Positions 8,883-18,444 of a DNA stretch of 64,000 bases are shown here, piece by piece; positions within the stretch are counted from its first letter, which is position 1; the number at the start of each line of letters is the position of its first letter. The DNA is taken from assembly GCA_018714185.1 (NCBI GenBank), contig DVNT01000015.1, forward strand, positions 6,042-70,041. Reading direction: 5' to 3'. A program made the translations under genes and the position numbers. This DNA is from Candidatus Aphodousia gallistercoris (GTDB lineage Bacteria > Pseudomonadota > Gammaproteobacteria > Burkholderiales > Burkholderiaceae_F). The notes under the pieces were generated by a model. That model had not been told where the DNA came from. It made no database searches and was given only the letters and a program-made list of their open reading frames with translations.

Positions 8883-9779
8883 ATGAGACTCGTCATTGTC
8901 ACCGGCCTTTCCGGTTCCGGAAAATCCGTGGCTATCCGCCAACTTGAGGATATCGGTTATTACTGCATTGACAATCTGCCGCTTTCCTTTCTTATCCCCG
9001 TAGCCCAGGATCTGTCTAAAACACAAGAGTATGTGGCTTTTGCCGTTGATGCCCGAAGCAACTTCACGGATAAGGACCAACCGAAAGTTCTGTTGGAAAC
9101 ATTCAAAAAGTTGCAATGGGATGTCAGGATTTTATTCTTGACCGCTTCCACCCCGGAGCTGGTTCAACGCTTTTCTGAAACCCGACGCCGGCACCCCCTA
9201 ACATTCAAACTGGAGGCAAAAAACGAGCGCTTGAGCTTATCGGAAGTCATTAACCGTGAACGGGAAATCATGGAGCCGTTTAGTCTCACGGCCCATGTTT
9301 TGGATACAACCGGATTGCAAAGCAATACACTGCGCACTTGGGTAAAAACTTTTGCCGATGCGCCTCACGGCGACCTTAATCTAACCTTCGAGTCCTTCGG
9401 CTATAAGCACGGCATCCCTATCGCAGCCGACCTTGTTTTTGATGTCCGCAACCTTCCCAATCCCTACTATGATCCGCATTTGCGTCCGCTTACCGGCAGG
9501 GATCCTGAGATTGTGCAATATATGCAAAGCCAACCCATGGTACAGGACATGGTCAACGATATCGAAGCGTTCATCTTGAAGTGGCTTCCGAGCTACAAAG
9601 CAACAAACCGGCAATACCTCACCGTGGCCATCGGTTGCACGGGCGGGCAGCACCGCTCGGTTTATGTAGCAGAAACTCTTGCAAAGCGCTTTTCCGACAA
9701 ATTTCCCTTTGTTTGGCTACGTCACCGCATTATCGGCCAAGCCAAAGAACCGGCCAAGGGCTTATCGCAAAGCGCCTAA
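8883..9779 (+). CDS. rapZ: RNase adapter RapZ-like P-loop protein
   Basis: TGLSGSGKS, SETRRRHPL, SFGYKHG, GCTGGQHRSV. Confidence 0.95.
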   Translation: MRLVIVTGLSGSGKSVAIRQLEDIGYYCIDNLPLSFLIPVAQDLSKTQEYVAFAVDARSNFTDKDQPKVLLETFKKLQWDVRILFLTASTPELVQRFSETRRRHPLTFKLEAKNERLSLSEVINREREIMEPFSLTAHVLDTTGLQSNTLRTWVKTFADAPHGDLNLTFESFGYKHGIPIAADLVFDVRNLPNPYYDPHLRPLTGRDPEIVQYMQSQPMVQDMVNDIEAFILKWLPSYKATNRQYLTVAIGCTGGQHRSVYVAETLAKRFSDKFPFVWLRHRIIGQAKEPAKGLSQSA

Positions 9780-9783
9780 GGAG

Positions 9784-10824
9784 CTAGGATTGGAAAAACG
9801 CCCGGACTATGCCGGCAATCGGTGCGGGCAAACCGACAGTCTGCATATTCGGATAGCTCACCCACAGTCGATCGCTGTCTTCGGCACATTTTGCCTTAAC
9901 CTTAACGGCAAGCGGATAAATTAGCAGGCGGTAATGGGAAAAATCGTGGACCACCGTTTCCATCGGACGGCAATTTTGCACGGCGAGCCCCCAACGCTTT
10001 CCGATTTCGGTCACTTGCTCCTCGTCGGAGAGCAGCCCGAATTCCGGCAAACTGAATAGCCCTTGCCAAACACCCTTTTGACGGCGCCGGACGACGAAGA
10101 ACTCATCCTCATACCAAAAAAGTAAAACCGTTGCCTCTTTTTGCGGTCTCTCTTTTCGGACTTTCGGCAAGGGTAATTTGCTCTCCAACCCCAGTTGCCG
10201 AGCTTTGCAAGCGTCGCAGAACGGGCAAAGCAGGCACGACGGCGAACGAGCGCAAACGGTCGCCCCTAAATCCATTAAGCCTTGAATATAGCGATCCAAC
10301 TGCTCATCAGGCAGGAGACTCTCGGCCAAAGCCCAAAGCTTTTTTTGTGCGGCAGCCGACTCCAACGGTTGCTCAATAGCAAATAGACGGGCCAAAAGCC
10401 TTTTCACGTTGCCGTCTAAAATGGTTTCCTTGGCTCCGAAACTAAAAGCTACAATCGCGGCGGCCGTACTGCGGCCGATGCCCGGTAAGCTTTCCCATTC
10501 GTGACGGCTTTGAGGAAATACGCCTTGGTACTTTTGCACGATCTCCTTGGCAGCCCTATGCAAGTTCCTCGCCCGGGAATAGTATCCGAGCCCGGCCCAC
10601 AAGGCCATCACCTCATCTTCGGAGGCTTCGGCTAAGGCCTTGACCGTAGGAAAGCGCGACAGAAAAGAACGGTAATAGCTTTTGACGGTGGCAACTTGTG
10701 TCTGCTGCAGCATGACTTCGGATATCCAACGGGCATAGGGATCAGGCACTTGCCACGGCAGATCATTCCTGCCGTGCTGCTTTTGCCATTTTATGAGCGT
10801 GCAAGCGAAGTCTTTTAACAGCAT
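9784..10824 (-). CDS. mutY: A/G-specific adenine glycosylase
   Basis: WISEVMLQQTQV, WAGLGYYSRARNLH, HhH LPGIG, Fe-S Cys cluster. Confidence 0.96.
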   Translation of the reverse strand: MLLKDFACTLIKWQKQHGRNDLPWQVPDPYARWISEVMLQQTQVATVKSYYRSFLSRFPTVKALAEASEDEVMALWAGLGYYSRARNLHRAAKEIVQKYQGVFPQSRHEWESLPGIGRSTAAAIVAFSFGAKETILDGNVKRLLARLFAIEQPLESAAAQKKLWALAESLLPDEQLDRYIQGLMDLGATVCARSPSCLLCPFCDACKARQLGLESKLPLPKVRKERPQKEATVLLFWYEDEFFVVRRRQKGVWQGLFSLPEFGLLSDEEQVTEIGKRWGLAVQNCRPMETVVHDFSHYRLLIYPLAVKVKAKCAEDSDRLWVSYPNMQTVGLPAPIAGIVRAFFQS

Positions 10825-10879
10825 CTTTTCAATGGAAAATCAAAGTACAATTAGCGGATTACCGTCGCATTATAGTGTT

Positions 10880-12604
10880 ATGGCTTCGAATTTCTTTTCC
10901 CTAAAAACGTGGCGTTGGCTCTTTTGCTTGGCCTTGGCCGCACCGGCTTGGGGCGCTACTCCGACTGCCCTGCCCAATGTCGAGCTCACCGGAGGGCTCC
11001 TGTATCAAATTATTGCTTCCGAATTTGCCTATCAGCGCCAAGAGCCGGCTCTGGCCTATCAAACCTACATGCAAATGGCCAGCACAACCAAGGATCCCCG
11101 CTTGGCACAGAGGGCCTTTCAAATTGCCGACTCCGTTCACGCCTTTAAAGACGCACAAAAAGCCGGGCAATTGTGGGCAGAATTGGCCCCCAATGATGCG
11201 GATGCTCGCCTGGCTGATTTGCTTGCCTCCATCCGTTCGGGGGAATTAACGCCGTCATTGCAAAATACAGCCAAGGAATTGCTTCGCAGCGAAAAAGATG
11301 CGAAGAAAAAACAACAAATTTTCCAAATTATTGCCCTGCAGGTTGATTTGGGGAACGCAACCGATCAGGAGGCACTGGAATTTATCAGGCCGCTGGCAGA
11401 AATCTTGAACAATAAAGGACAAGCGGCGCTCGTTCTTGCCAAGCTGTACCGGCTTACCGGTGACATGGAAAAGTGCCGGCAATTTGCAAAAAAGGCCTTT
11501 TCGGACATGCCCGATGACACTACGGCCTTGCTTGAATATGCGGATATTCTGCTAAAGAGCAAGCCGAAAGAAGCCCTCCTTCTAATTGAAAATTTTGTCA
11601 AAAAGCACCCTGACGATATGCAGGCACAGCTGGCCCTGGCAAAAACATACGCCAGGCAAGGCAACACTCGAGGCGTGCAAAAGCAGCTCGCTCTTCTTGA
11701 GCCTTATGCTGAGCGCTCCGGCTCTTTAGCTTATACCCTAGCCAGTATTACCGATGCCGTAGGGCTCACCAATGATACGAAACGCTTTTTGCTTCTCTTT
11801 GAGCGGCTGAGCAAAGGCGACGAGCAGTTAAGCGACCGTCTGCCCCAGACATACTTGTCGTTGGGGCTGCTCGATCTCCGACAAAAGCACTTCGAGGCCG
11901 CCATTTCTTGGTTCGAGAAAGTCCCCAAGGACAACCACTTCTATACCCAAGCCAGGCTACTGCAAGCGCAGGCCCTTTTGGCATTGAACCAGCCCGAGCG
12001 TGCGCTGAAGATCTTGGAGGCCACCCGCGGTCACAACCAAGAAGCGCAAATGGAAATTGAGCACAAAAAGGCCCAAATCCTTTATGAGAGCGGAAAAGTT
12101 TCACAAGCCTACCAAAGCATGAAAAAAGCGCTCGAGATTAATCCTAAAAATGCCGCACTTTTGTACCAAAGCGCGTTACTTGCCGTCGAGCTTAAGAAAA
12201 TGGATGAAGCGGAAGCCTATCTGGAAAAAGGCATAAAGCTTTATCCCGAGCGGGCTGACTTTTACAACACGCTCGGCTACTTATGGGTTGAAGAGGGGAA
12301 AAATTTAGATAAAGCGAAAACTTTGCTGGATAAAGCACTTGCGTTGGAACCGGAGAATCCCGCCATTTTGGACTCTGTCGGATGGCTTTATTTTCAGCTC
12401 AAACAATATCCCTTAGCCCAAAATTATTTAGAGAAGGCAGCTCAAAAATTTAAAGACAAGGAAATCTTGTTGCACCTGGTTGAGGTTTACCAAGTTCAAG
12501 GATTTACCGACAAAGCCATGCAAATATTGCGCCCGATGCTCAAGCAAGCGCCCGATGATCCGGAAATCAATGCTTGCATGGATCGGCTGCATTTGCGATT
12601 TTAA
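10880..12604 (+). CDS. Exported TPR-repeat protein
   Basis: Signal peptide, multiple TPRs (NTLGY, ILDSVGW); usual position before lolB. Confidence 0.85.
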   Translation: MASNFFSLKTWRWLFCLALAAPAWGATPTALPNVELTGGLLYQIIASEFAYQRQEPALAYQTYMQMASTTKDPRLAQRAFQIADSVHAFKDAQKAGQLWAELAPNDADARLADLLASIRSGELTPSLQNTAKELLRSEKDAKKKQQIFQIIALQVDLGNATDQEALEFIRPLAEILNNKGQAALVLAKLYRLTGDMEKCRQFAKKAFSDMPDDTTALLEYADILLKSKPKEALLLIENFVKKHPDDMQAQLALAKTYARQGNTRGVQKQLALLEPYAERSGSLAYTLASITDAVGLTNDTKRFLLLFERLSKGDEQLSDRLPQTYLSLGLLDLRQKHFEAAISWFEKVPKDNHFYTQARLLQAQALLALNQPERALKILEATRGHNQEAQMEIEHKKAQILYESGKVSQAYQSMKKALEINPKNAALLYQSALLAVELKKMDEAEAYLEKGIKLYPERADFYNTLGYLWVEEGKNLDKAKTLLDKALALEPENPAILDSVGWLYFQLKQYPLAQNYLEKAAQKFKDKEILLHLVEVYQVQGFTDKAMQILRPMLKQAPDDPEINACMDRLHLRF

Positions 12605-12613
12605 GGACAAACC

Positions 12614-13162
12614 GTGAAGCGTCTTTTTACTGTTTTATCCATGATCAGCGTGTTAAGCGGTTGCGTGAGTCTGAGCACTCCCGAACTCGGCCGGCAATGG
12701 GACGGGCGTTTTTCACTCTCGGTGTCAGGCAATGGATTCAACGAAAACCAAACAGGGCGCTTTGCCTTAACGCGCGATGCTGCGCAAACGACAATTCTCG
12801 ACCTCAAAAGCGCTATCGGGACAACCGTGGCCCGCATTGAGCAACACGCCCATTATGCGCAGCTGCAGGCCGTAGGCGTGCCCGCACAAAAAGCCGACGA
12901 TATCCACGCCTTGATGCAAAGCACGTTAGGCTTTACCGTTCCCGTTGACGGCTTGGAATTCTGGCTTGACGGACAACCGATCCCCGGCGAACCCGTACGC
13001 GCGACGCCATCCACGCCGCCTTATCGGCAACTGGAGCAATACGGCTGGCAAATCCAATTTTTGAGCTATGAAAACAATGCTCCGAAGCGCCTTCGTTTAA
13101 GCCGAGAGGCCTCGGACGGGGCTCCGGCCATTTCCATGACCCTTGTTATTAATTCGCGCTGA
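12614..13162 (+). CDS. lolB: Outer membrane lipoprotein receptor LolB
   Basis: Lipobox LSGC, GRFSL, LEFWLDG, QYGWQI. Confidence 0.88.
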   Translation: MKRLFTVLSMISVLSGCVSLSTPELGRQWDGRFSLSVSGNGFNENQTGRFALTRDAAQTTILDLKSAIGTTVARIEQHAHYAQLQAVGVPAQKADDIHALMQSTLGFTVPVDGLEFWLDGQPIPGEPVRATPSTPPYRQLEQYGWQIQFLSYENNAPKRLRLSREASDGAPAISMTLVINSR

Positions 13163-13167
13163 CTCTT

Positions 13168-14022
13168 ATGACTGACACCGTATTGACATTGCCGGCCCCG
13201 GCAAAGCTCAATCTGTTTTTGCATGTAACCGGCCGTCTGCCCAATGGATACCATTGCTTGCAGTCGATTTTCGTTCTAATTGACCTGTGTGATGAGATCC
13301 GAATCGCCGCCCGCCCCGATGGCGAAATCTCGCGTCGAGGAGACGTGATCGGAGAGATTCAAAACGATCTCTGCGTGCGTGCTGCCAAATTGCTGCAAGC
13401 CGAAACAGGCACCTCCCAAGGAGCCGACATCGTTGTGAAAAAGCGCATCCCATCCGGAGCCGGTCTCGGCGGCGGTTCCTCAGATGCGGCAACAACCCTG
13501 ATGGGACTTAACAAGCTGTGGAATTTGGACATCGAGCGCCCCCTCTTAATGAAGTGGGCGAAAAAGCTGGGAGCCGATGTTCCGTTTTTCCTTTTGGGTA
13601 CCAATGCTTGGGTAGAGGGCATCGGTGACCGGCTAACGCCCATCAGCGTACCGGAAATGATCTTTGCCGTCGTCTGGCCCGGTGTTTCTCAGTCAACTCC
13701 GGAAATTTTTTCTCATCCGCTCTTGACAAGGGATACGAAATCAGTCACAATGTCGATCCTCGACAGCGCGAGTTCACCAAGAGAGTGGATGCAGTTGGGA
13801 CACAACGATCTGGAACCGATAGCCAAAAGGGTTAATCCGAGGATCGCCGAACTGTTAACGCTGTTACCTCAGTTTCGCATGACCGGATCAGGTTCTGCCG
13901 CTTTTGCAGCGATGTCGGAAAGCGAAGCAAGCAGGGTGTTTAAGGACTTGCCGAGTGATTGGCAGCATTTTTTAGTAAAAAGCCTTAAAATACATCCGAT
14001 AACCTCAGCATTAATATGCTGA
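13168..14022 (+). CDS. ispE: CDP-ME kinase
   Basis: PAPAKLNLFLHV, GAGLGGGSSDAA, MTGSGS. Confidence 0.96.
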   Translation: MTDTVLTLPAPAKLNLFLHVTGRLPNGYHCLQSIFVLIDLCDEIRIAARPDGEISRRGDVIGEIQNDLCVRAAKLLQAETGTSQGADIVVKKRIPSGAGLGGGSSDAATTLMGLNKLWNLDIERPLLMKWAKKLGADVPFFLLGTNAWVEGIGDRLTPISVPEMIFAVVWPGVSQSTPEIFSHPLLTRDTKSVTMSILDSASSPREWMQLGHNDLEPIAKRVNPRIAELLTLLPQFRMTGSGSAAFAAMSESEASRVFKDLPSDWQHFLVKSLKIHPITSALIC

Positions 14023-14034
14023 ACCAAAATTTGT

Positions 14035-14112
14035 AGGGGAGTCGCCAAGCTGGCCTAAGGCACCGGATTTTGATTCCGGCATTCGAAGGTTCGAATCCTT
14101 CCTCCCCTGCCA
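14035..14112 (+). tRNA. tRNA-Gln(TTG)
   Basis: Acceptor AGGGGAG/CTCCCCT, anticodon arm CCGGA-TTTTGAT-TCCGG, GGTTCGAATCC, 3' CCA; usual ispE-tRNAGln-prs position. Confidence 0.97.
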
Positions 14113-14117
14113 ACTTT

Positions 14118-14156
14118 CGGGAGCAAGCATGATGTGCTAGCTCCCGTTTGTTTTTG
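14118..14156 (+). terminator. Rho-independent terminator after the tRNA
   Basis: CGGGAGC..GCTCCCG stem followed by a T-rich run. Confidence 0.7.
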
Positions 14157-14224
14157 TACTGTTGCAGTTCCTTCTTTTGAACTGTTGGTAACTAACCGAA
14201 GAGTCTCTCTCTTCTTAACTTTCG

Positions 14225-15199
14225 GTGAGCGACATCATGGTCCCTATGGTTCCGGATAATCTCATGGTCTTCACGGGCAATGCCAATCCTAAACTTGCCC
14301 AAGCGGTTGCAGAACATCTCAATATTCCCCTCGGCAAAGCCATCGTCAGCCATTTCTCTGACGGCGAAGTCATGGTCGAAATTGATGAAAAAGTTCGCGG
14401 TCGCGACGTCTTCGTTTTGCAAAGCACCTGCTCTCCCACCAACGATAATTTGATGGAACTGATGATTATGGTGGATGCTTTGCGTCGCGCCTCTGCGCGT
14501 CGCATCACGGCGGTCATGCCGTATTACGGTTATGCTCGCCAAGACCGCCGTCCCCGCTCGGCCCGCGTGGCCATTTCGGCTAAAGTGGTCGCCAACATGT
14601 TGCAATCCGTCGGCGTTGACCGTGTTTTGACGATGGACTTGCACGCCGACCAGATCCAAGGCTTCTTTGACGTCCCTGTTGATAACATTTATGCTACCCC
14701 GATTCTGTTGCGCGAGCTGCAAAGCCGCCAATATGAAAACTTAGTCGTGGTTTCGCCGGACGTCGGCGGCGTGGTTCGCGCTCGCGCCATGGCCAAATCG
14801 TTAGGTACGGATTTGGCGATTATCGATAAGCGCCGTCCCCGCGCTAATGTCGCCGAAGTCATGAATTTGATCGGTGACGTTGCCGGTCGCACTTGCATTA
14901 TCACCGACGATATCGTTGATACGGCCGGCACGTTGTGCAACGCCGCCAAGGCGTTGAAAGATCGCGGAGCCATTAAGGTCTGCGCCTACATCACTCACCC
15001 GGTTCTCTCCGGCCCGGCTGTTGAACGCATTACCAACTCCGAGCTCGATGAACTAGTGGTCACCGATACGATTCCGTTGAGCGAAGCAGCTCAGAAGTGC
15101 ACCAAGATCAAGCAAGTCTCTGCTGCTAACTTGTTCGGCGAAACAATCTCGCGTATCGCTCGTGAAGATTCTGTGAGCGCTCTTTTTGAAAATTGCTAA
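14225..15199 (+). CDS. prs: Ribose-phosphate pyrophosphokinase (start may be 14237 or 14246)
   Basis: [31 protein letters not shown]. Confidence 0.97.
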   Translation: MSDIMVPMVPDNLMVFTGNANPKLAQAVAEHLNIPLGKAIVSHFSDGEVMVEIDEKVRGRDVFVLQSTCSPTNDNLMELMIMVDALRRASARRITAVMPYYGYARQDRRPRSARVAISAKVVANMLQSVGVDRVLTMDLHADQIQGFFDVPVDNIYATPILLRELQSRQYENLVVVSPDVGGVVRARAMAKSLGTDLAIIDKRRPRANVAEVMNLIGDVAGRTCIITDDIVDTAGTLCNAAKALKDRGAIKVCAYITHPVLSGPAVERITNSELDELVVTDTIPLSEAAQKCTKIKQVSAANLFGETISRIAREDSVSALFENC

Positions 15200-15222
15200 T
15201 CCTTTAAGACCGCTCCGATTAG

Positions 15223-15263
15223 GAAAAGGTGAAAGGGGGTCTCTTTCGCCTTTTCTGTTTTTT
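15223..15263 (+). terminator. Terminator after prs
   Basis: GAAAAGGTGAAAG/CTTTCGCCTTTTC stem plus T run. Confidence 0.7.
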
Positions 15264-15344
15264 GGTTTTTTACTCAAAATAGGTAAAATACCGACTTTGC
15301 TTTTCCATGTGAAAGCGTTTTAGAAGCGAAGGATTAAAAGCCTT

Positions 15345-15378
15345 CAACTCCTGGTGGATGGTCGCGTCCCGGGATTTT
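15345..15378 (+). promoter_or_regulatory. Putative rplY (L25) leader hairpin
   Basis: TCCTGG..GGTCGCG..CCGGGA hairpin just upstream of rplY; the GGTCGCG motif is recalled from proteobacterial rplY leaders. Confidence 0.45.
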
Positions 15379-15400
15379 TATTTCATTTCTGGAGATATTC

Positions 15401-16039
15401 ATGAAAATTATCGCCTCTACGCGTCAAGCGCAAGGTACGGGTGCGAGCCGCCGTCTGCGCCGTGCCGACAAGTTGCCCGGTATTCTTTACGGTGGCAACG
15501 CTGCTCCCACGATGATCGAGCTCGAACACAATCCGATTTTCTACGCCTTGCGTAAGGAAAGTTTCCACTCCTCGATTTTGACGATGGAATTGGACGGTAA
15601 GGATGAACTCGTTGTTTTGCGTGCCTTCCAAATGCACCCGTACAAACAACAAGTCATGCACATTGACTTCCAACGCATTAACGCCAACGAACCGGTGATC
15701 ATGAGCGTTCCGTTGCACTTCTTCGGTGCTGAAAACAGCCCGGCCGTTAAGGTCAGCAAGGGCATGGTCAGCCACGCTATGAGCGCCATCACGGTGAGCT
15801 GCTTGCCGAAGGATTTGCCGGAATTCATCGATGTCGATTTGTCCGGCTTGACCGCTCAAACGACGATGCGCGTTTCTGACATCGCTTTGCCTGAAGGCGT
15901 TCAAGCGGTTGTTCGCGGTAACGAAGACCCGGTGGTGGTTTCTGTCGTCGCCCAAGTGGAAGATGAAGACGCCGCTCCGGCTGATGCTGCCGCTGCCGCT
16001 GCTGCTCCGGCTGCTGCTGCCCCGGCTGCTGACAAGTAA
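15401..16039 (+). CDS. rplY: 50S ribosomal protein L25 / Ctc
   Basis: GTGASRRLRR, PGILYGG, HIDFQR; Ala/Pro-rich tail. Confidence 0.97.
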   Translation: MKIIASTRQAQGTGASRRLRRADKLPGILYGGNAAPTMIELEHNPIFYALRKESFHSSILTMELDGKDELVVLRAFQMHPYKQQVMHIDFQRINANEPVIMSVPLHFFGAENSPAVKVSKGMVSHAMSAITVSCLPKDLPEFIDVDLSGLTAQTTMRVSDIALPEGVQAVVRGNEDPVVVSVVAQVEDEDAAPADAAAAAAAPAAAAPAADK

Positions 16040-16058
16040 TTTTTTACTTTTGTCATCC

Positions 16059-16091
16059 AAAGGCGACCTTGTTTTTTCAGGTCGCCTTTTT
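16059..16091. terminator. Bidirectional terminator between rplY and the radical SAM gene
   Basis: AAAGGCGACCT..AGGTCGCCTTTTT. Confidence 0.8.
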
Positions 16092-16098
16092 GTTTGCC

Positions 16099-16878
16099 TC
16101 AGTAGGAAATTTGCACGGCCACGTTTTGTTGGCGCACGAGCTGTCCGATTCGATCCAGCTCTTGCCGACTAGCTTTCTGCAGGGACGAATCCGGAGTTTC
16201 CCGGTCAATGGTATAAACCATGACTTCGCGAGGCGCGATTTCTTTGATTGCCGCCAACCACGGTAAAACATACTCATCTGTTGTATTGTCAACGCTTTGG
16301 CCCGATAAGTCGTATCCCTTTAAAAACATGGTTTGAATAATCAGTTGTCCGTTAAATCGTTTAAAGGCTTCGATTTGTTTAGCTACACGATAGTGTGAGC
16401 TCGGCCGGTTTACGCGAGCAATGTAGGCCTCATTGACCGTATCTAGCTTTAGTATGTTGTTATCCACCTTGAGCAACGCATCAAAAACGCTCGGCTTATG
16501 TACCTGAGTCCCATTGCTAAGAACGCTGATTTTGGCTTTAGGGAAATAGAGGTCTCTTAACCGTATCGTTTCGTTAATTATGACACCGAAGTCCGGGTGT
16601 GCCGTCGGCTCACCATTGCCGGCAAACGTAATGACGTCGGGCCCTTGCCCTTGTGATGCCATCAGCTGCAACCTCTTTTCCAACTCTGAAATGACAAATT
16701 CGGCCGAAGGTAATTTCTCGGACGTTTTACGCTCGTCATTTAATCCGCATTCACAATAGATGCAGTCAAATGTACAAACCTTTCCGGATCCCGGCAACAA
16801 ATTAACCCCTAAAGACACTCCCAAACGGCGGCTTTTGACCGGACCGAATACCGGAGATGCGTGTAAGATCGTTGTCAT
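16099..16878 (-). CDS. Radical SAM protein (COG0731-like, function unknown)
   Basis: CTFDCIYC (CxxxCxxC), FGPVKSRRLGVSLG, GNGEPT. Confidence 0.9.
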   Translation of the reverse strand: MTTILHASPVFGPVKSRRLGVSLGVNLLPGSGKVCTFDCIYCECGLNDERKTSEKLPSAEFVISELEKRLQLMASQGQGPDVITFAGNGEPTAHPDFGVIINETIRLRDLYFPKAKISVLSNGTQVHKPSVFDALLKVDNNILKLDTVNEAYIARVNRPSSHYRVAKQIEAFKRFNGQLIIQTMFLKGYDLSGQSVDNTTDEYVLPWLAAIKEIAPREVMVYTIDRETPDSSLQKASRQELDRIGQLVRQQNVAVQISY

Positions 16879-17110
16879 TTAAAACCCCTTTGGCAAATAC
16901 AACGGCCTCTTCACCGCTTCTTGCTCGAAGAGATTGCCGAAGCCTGAGTCTAGCATAGTAGTACATCGATTAAGCCTCTGCACGGCAACCTCTCTTAGCC
17001 ACAACCTAAAGAGTCGCGATGAAGCCTCCTTTTAGCTTGCTTGCTGCTCCCCCTCGGAGAACTCCGAGCCGATGGTAAAATGCATCCGGTCTTTTTACGG
17101 ATAATATGTT

Positions 17111-17743
17111 ATGTCACAGATTCGCTTGATCGTCGGACTCGGCAATCCCGGCCCCGAATATGAACGGACTCGTCACAATGCAGGATTTTGGTTTTTAGAT
17201 CAACTCGCTCAACGCTGTTCAACCTTCTTTCGCGAGGAAAAGAAATTTTTCGGCGAAGTGGCAAAAGTCCGCTTGGCCGGCCAAGATGTCTGGCTGTTAA
17301 AGCCGCTGACCTTTATGAATCGCTCCGGACAGGCCGTTGCTGCACTCGCCCTTTATTACAAAATCCTACCCGAGGAAATTCTGGTTGTGCACGATGAACT
17401 CGATCTCATGCCCGGTTGCATGAAATTAAAAAAGGGCGGCGGCAACGCCGGCCATAACGGGCTGAAAGACATCACCGAAAAGTTATCGACACCGAATTTC
17501 TGGCGCCTTCGTCTTGGCACGGGCCATCCTCGCAGTTTAGGATTGGCTCAACCAGTCGTTGATTTCGTTTTGCATGCTCCCACCGAAGAGCAGCGCCAGT
17601 TAATTGATGAGTGTATCGGGGCTGCGCTGAAAACGAGCAACGATATTGCCGTCGGCGACATGGCTCGCGTGCAAAGGGCTATTTCCAAATACGGTCACCC
17701 CCGCGTGAATGAGCCGTCCAAGGCGCAGGAGGCAGGCAAATAA
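17111..17743 (+). CDS. pth: Peptidyl-tRNA hydrolase
   Basis: [33 protein letters not shown]. Confidence 0.97.
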   Translation: MSQIRLIVGLGNPGPEYERTRHNAGFWFLDQLAQRCSTFFREEKKFFGEVAKVRLAGQDVWLLKPLTFMNRSGQAVAALALYYKILPEEILVVHDELDLMPGCMKLKKGGGNAGHNGLKDITEKLSTPNFWRLRLGTGHPRSLGLAQPVVDFVLHAPTEEQRQLIDECIGAALKTSNDIAVGDMARVQRAISKYGHPRVNEPSKAQEAGK

Positions 17744-17769
17744 GAGGCAATAAATAGACCGCTACCCTG

Positions 17770-17888
17770 CCCGCAAAAGAATTTAACGGTCACGGCGTAC
17801 GGGACCAATGGATCCCGTGTGCCTTAAAGCAACAGGAGGAGGCGCTGGCTCTCCCGTCTTGGGACGGAAGTTTCCGCGCCTAATATTT
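17770..17888 (+). mobile_element. Truncated copy of the omega-RNA element (3' part and terminal hairpin)
   Basis: 17841-17880 matches 6471-6510 at 32/40 nt with a compensatory stem change; abuts ATGAA. Confidence 0.75.
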
Positions 17889-18383
17889 ATGAAACAAAAA
17901 GAAAAAATTTTAGCCAGCGGTTGTCTTCTTGGAGAACGAGTTCGTTACGATGCTCAAGTCCTAAAAATTACGGATGAACGAATTTTTCGTTGGGCCAAGG
18001 AAAAGCGCTTTATTCCGATTTGCCCCGAATGCATGGGAGGGCTTTGGGTTCCCCGCGATCCTTGTGAAATCGAACAGGGCAAAACTGCTCAAGACGTGCT
18101 CGACGGGAAGGCGCGCATTTTGACTCAAAATGGCAATGACTGCACTGATGATTATCTGTTCGGCGTTCAGGCCTGCGTCAATATGGCCAAACGCCATCAT
18201 GTCCGCTTGGCGCTACTGAAGCAGCGCAGCCCGGCTTGTGCTACGCAATATGTCCATGACGGGCATTTCAACGGTCAGGTCGTTGCCGGAAAGGGGGTCT
18301 TGGCCCTAGCGTTAGAAAGGGAAAGGATTCTAACATTCGATGAAACGCAGCTTGATCAATTAGAAAATCAGCTGACGGACTGA
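17889..18383 (+). CDS. DUF523 / 2-thiouracil desulfurase (TudS)-like protein
   Basis: SGCLLG..RYD, CPEC.GGL..PR, LKQRSPAC; start at ATG 17889. Confidence 0.85.
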   Translation: MKQKEKILASGCLLGERVRYDAQVLKITDERIFRWAKEKRFIPICPECMGGLWVPRDPCEIEQGKTAQDVLDGKARILTQNGNDCTDDYLFGVQACVNMAKRHHVRLALLKQRSPACATQYVHDGHFNGQVVAGKGVLALALERERILTFDETQLDQLENQLTD

Positions 18384-18444
18384 GCAAAGAAAATACAACG
18401 ACTCAATGCTAAAATTTTTAGATTAACTTTTTTGGATTTTCATC

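Noticed and set aside
15965-16036. GCT/GCC-rich tandem repeats
   Set aside because: They encode the ordinary Ala/Pro tail of L25/Ctc.
16879-17110. Hairpins in the radical SAM/pth divergent spacer as another element copy
   Set aside because: The start is ATGAC, but there is no GCGC-bounded end or scaffold block, and an ordinary SD-like AAGGGG is present.
17808-17888. 27-aa N-terminal extension of the DUF523 ORF
   Set aside because: It is just the element-end hairpin read in frame; DUF523 proteins begin near MKQKEKILAS.
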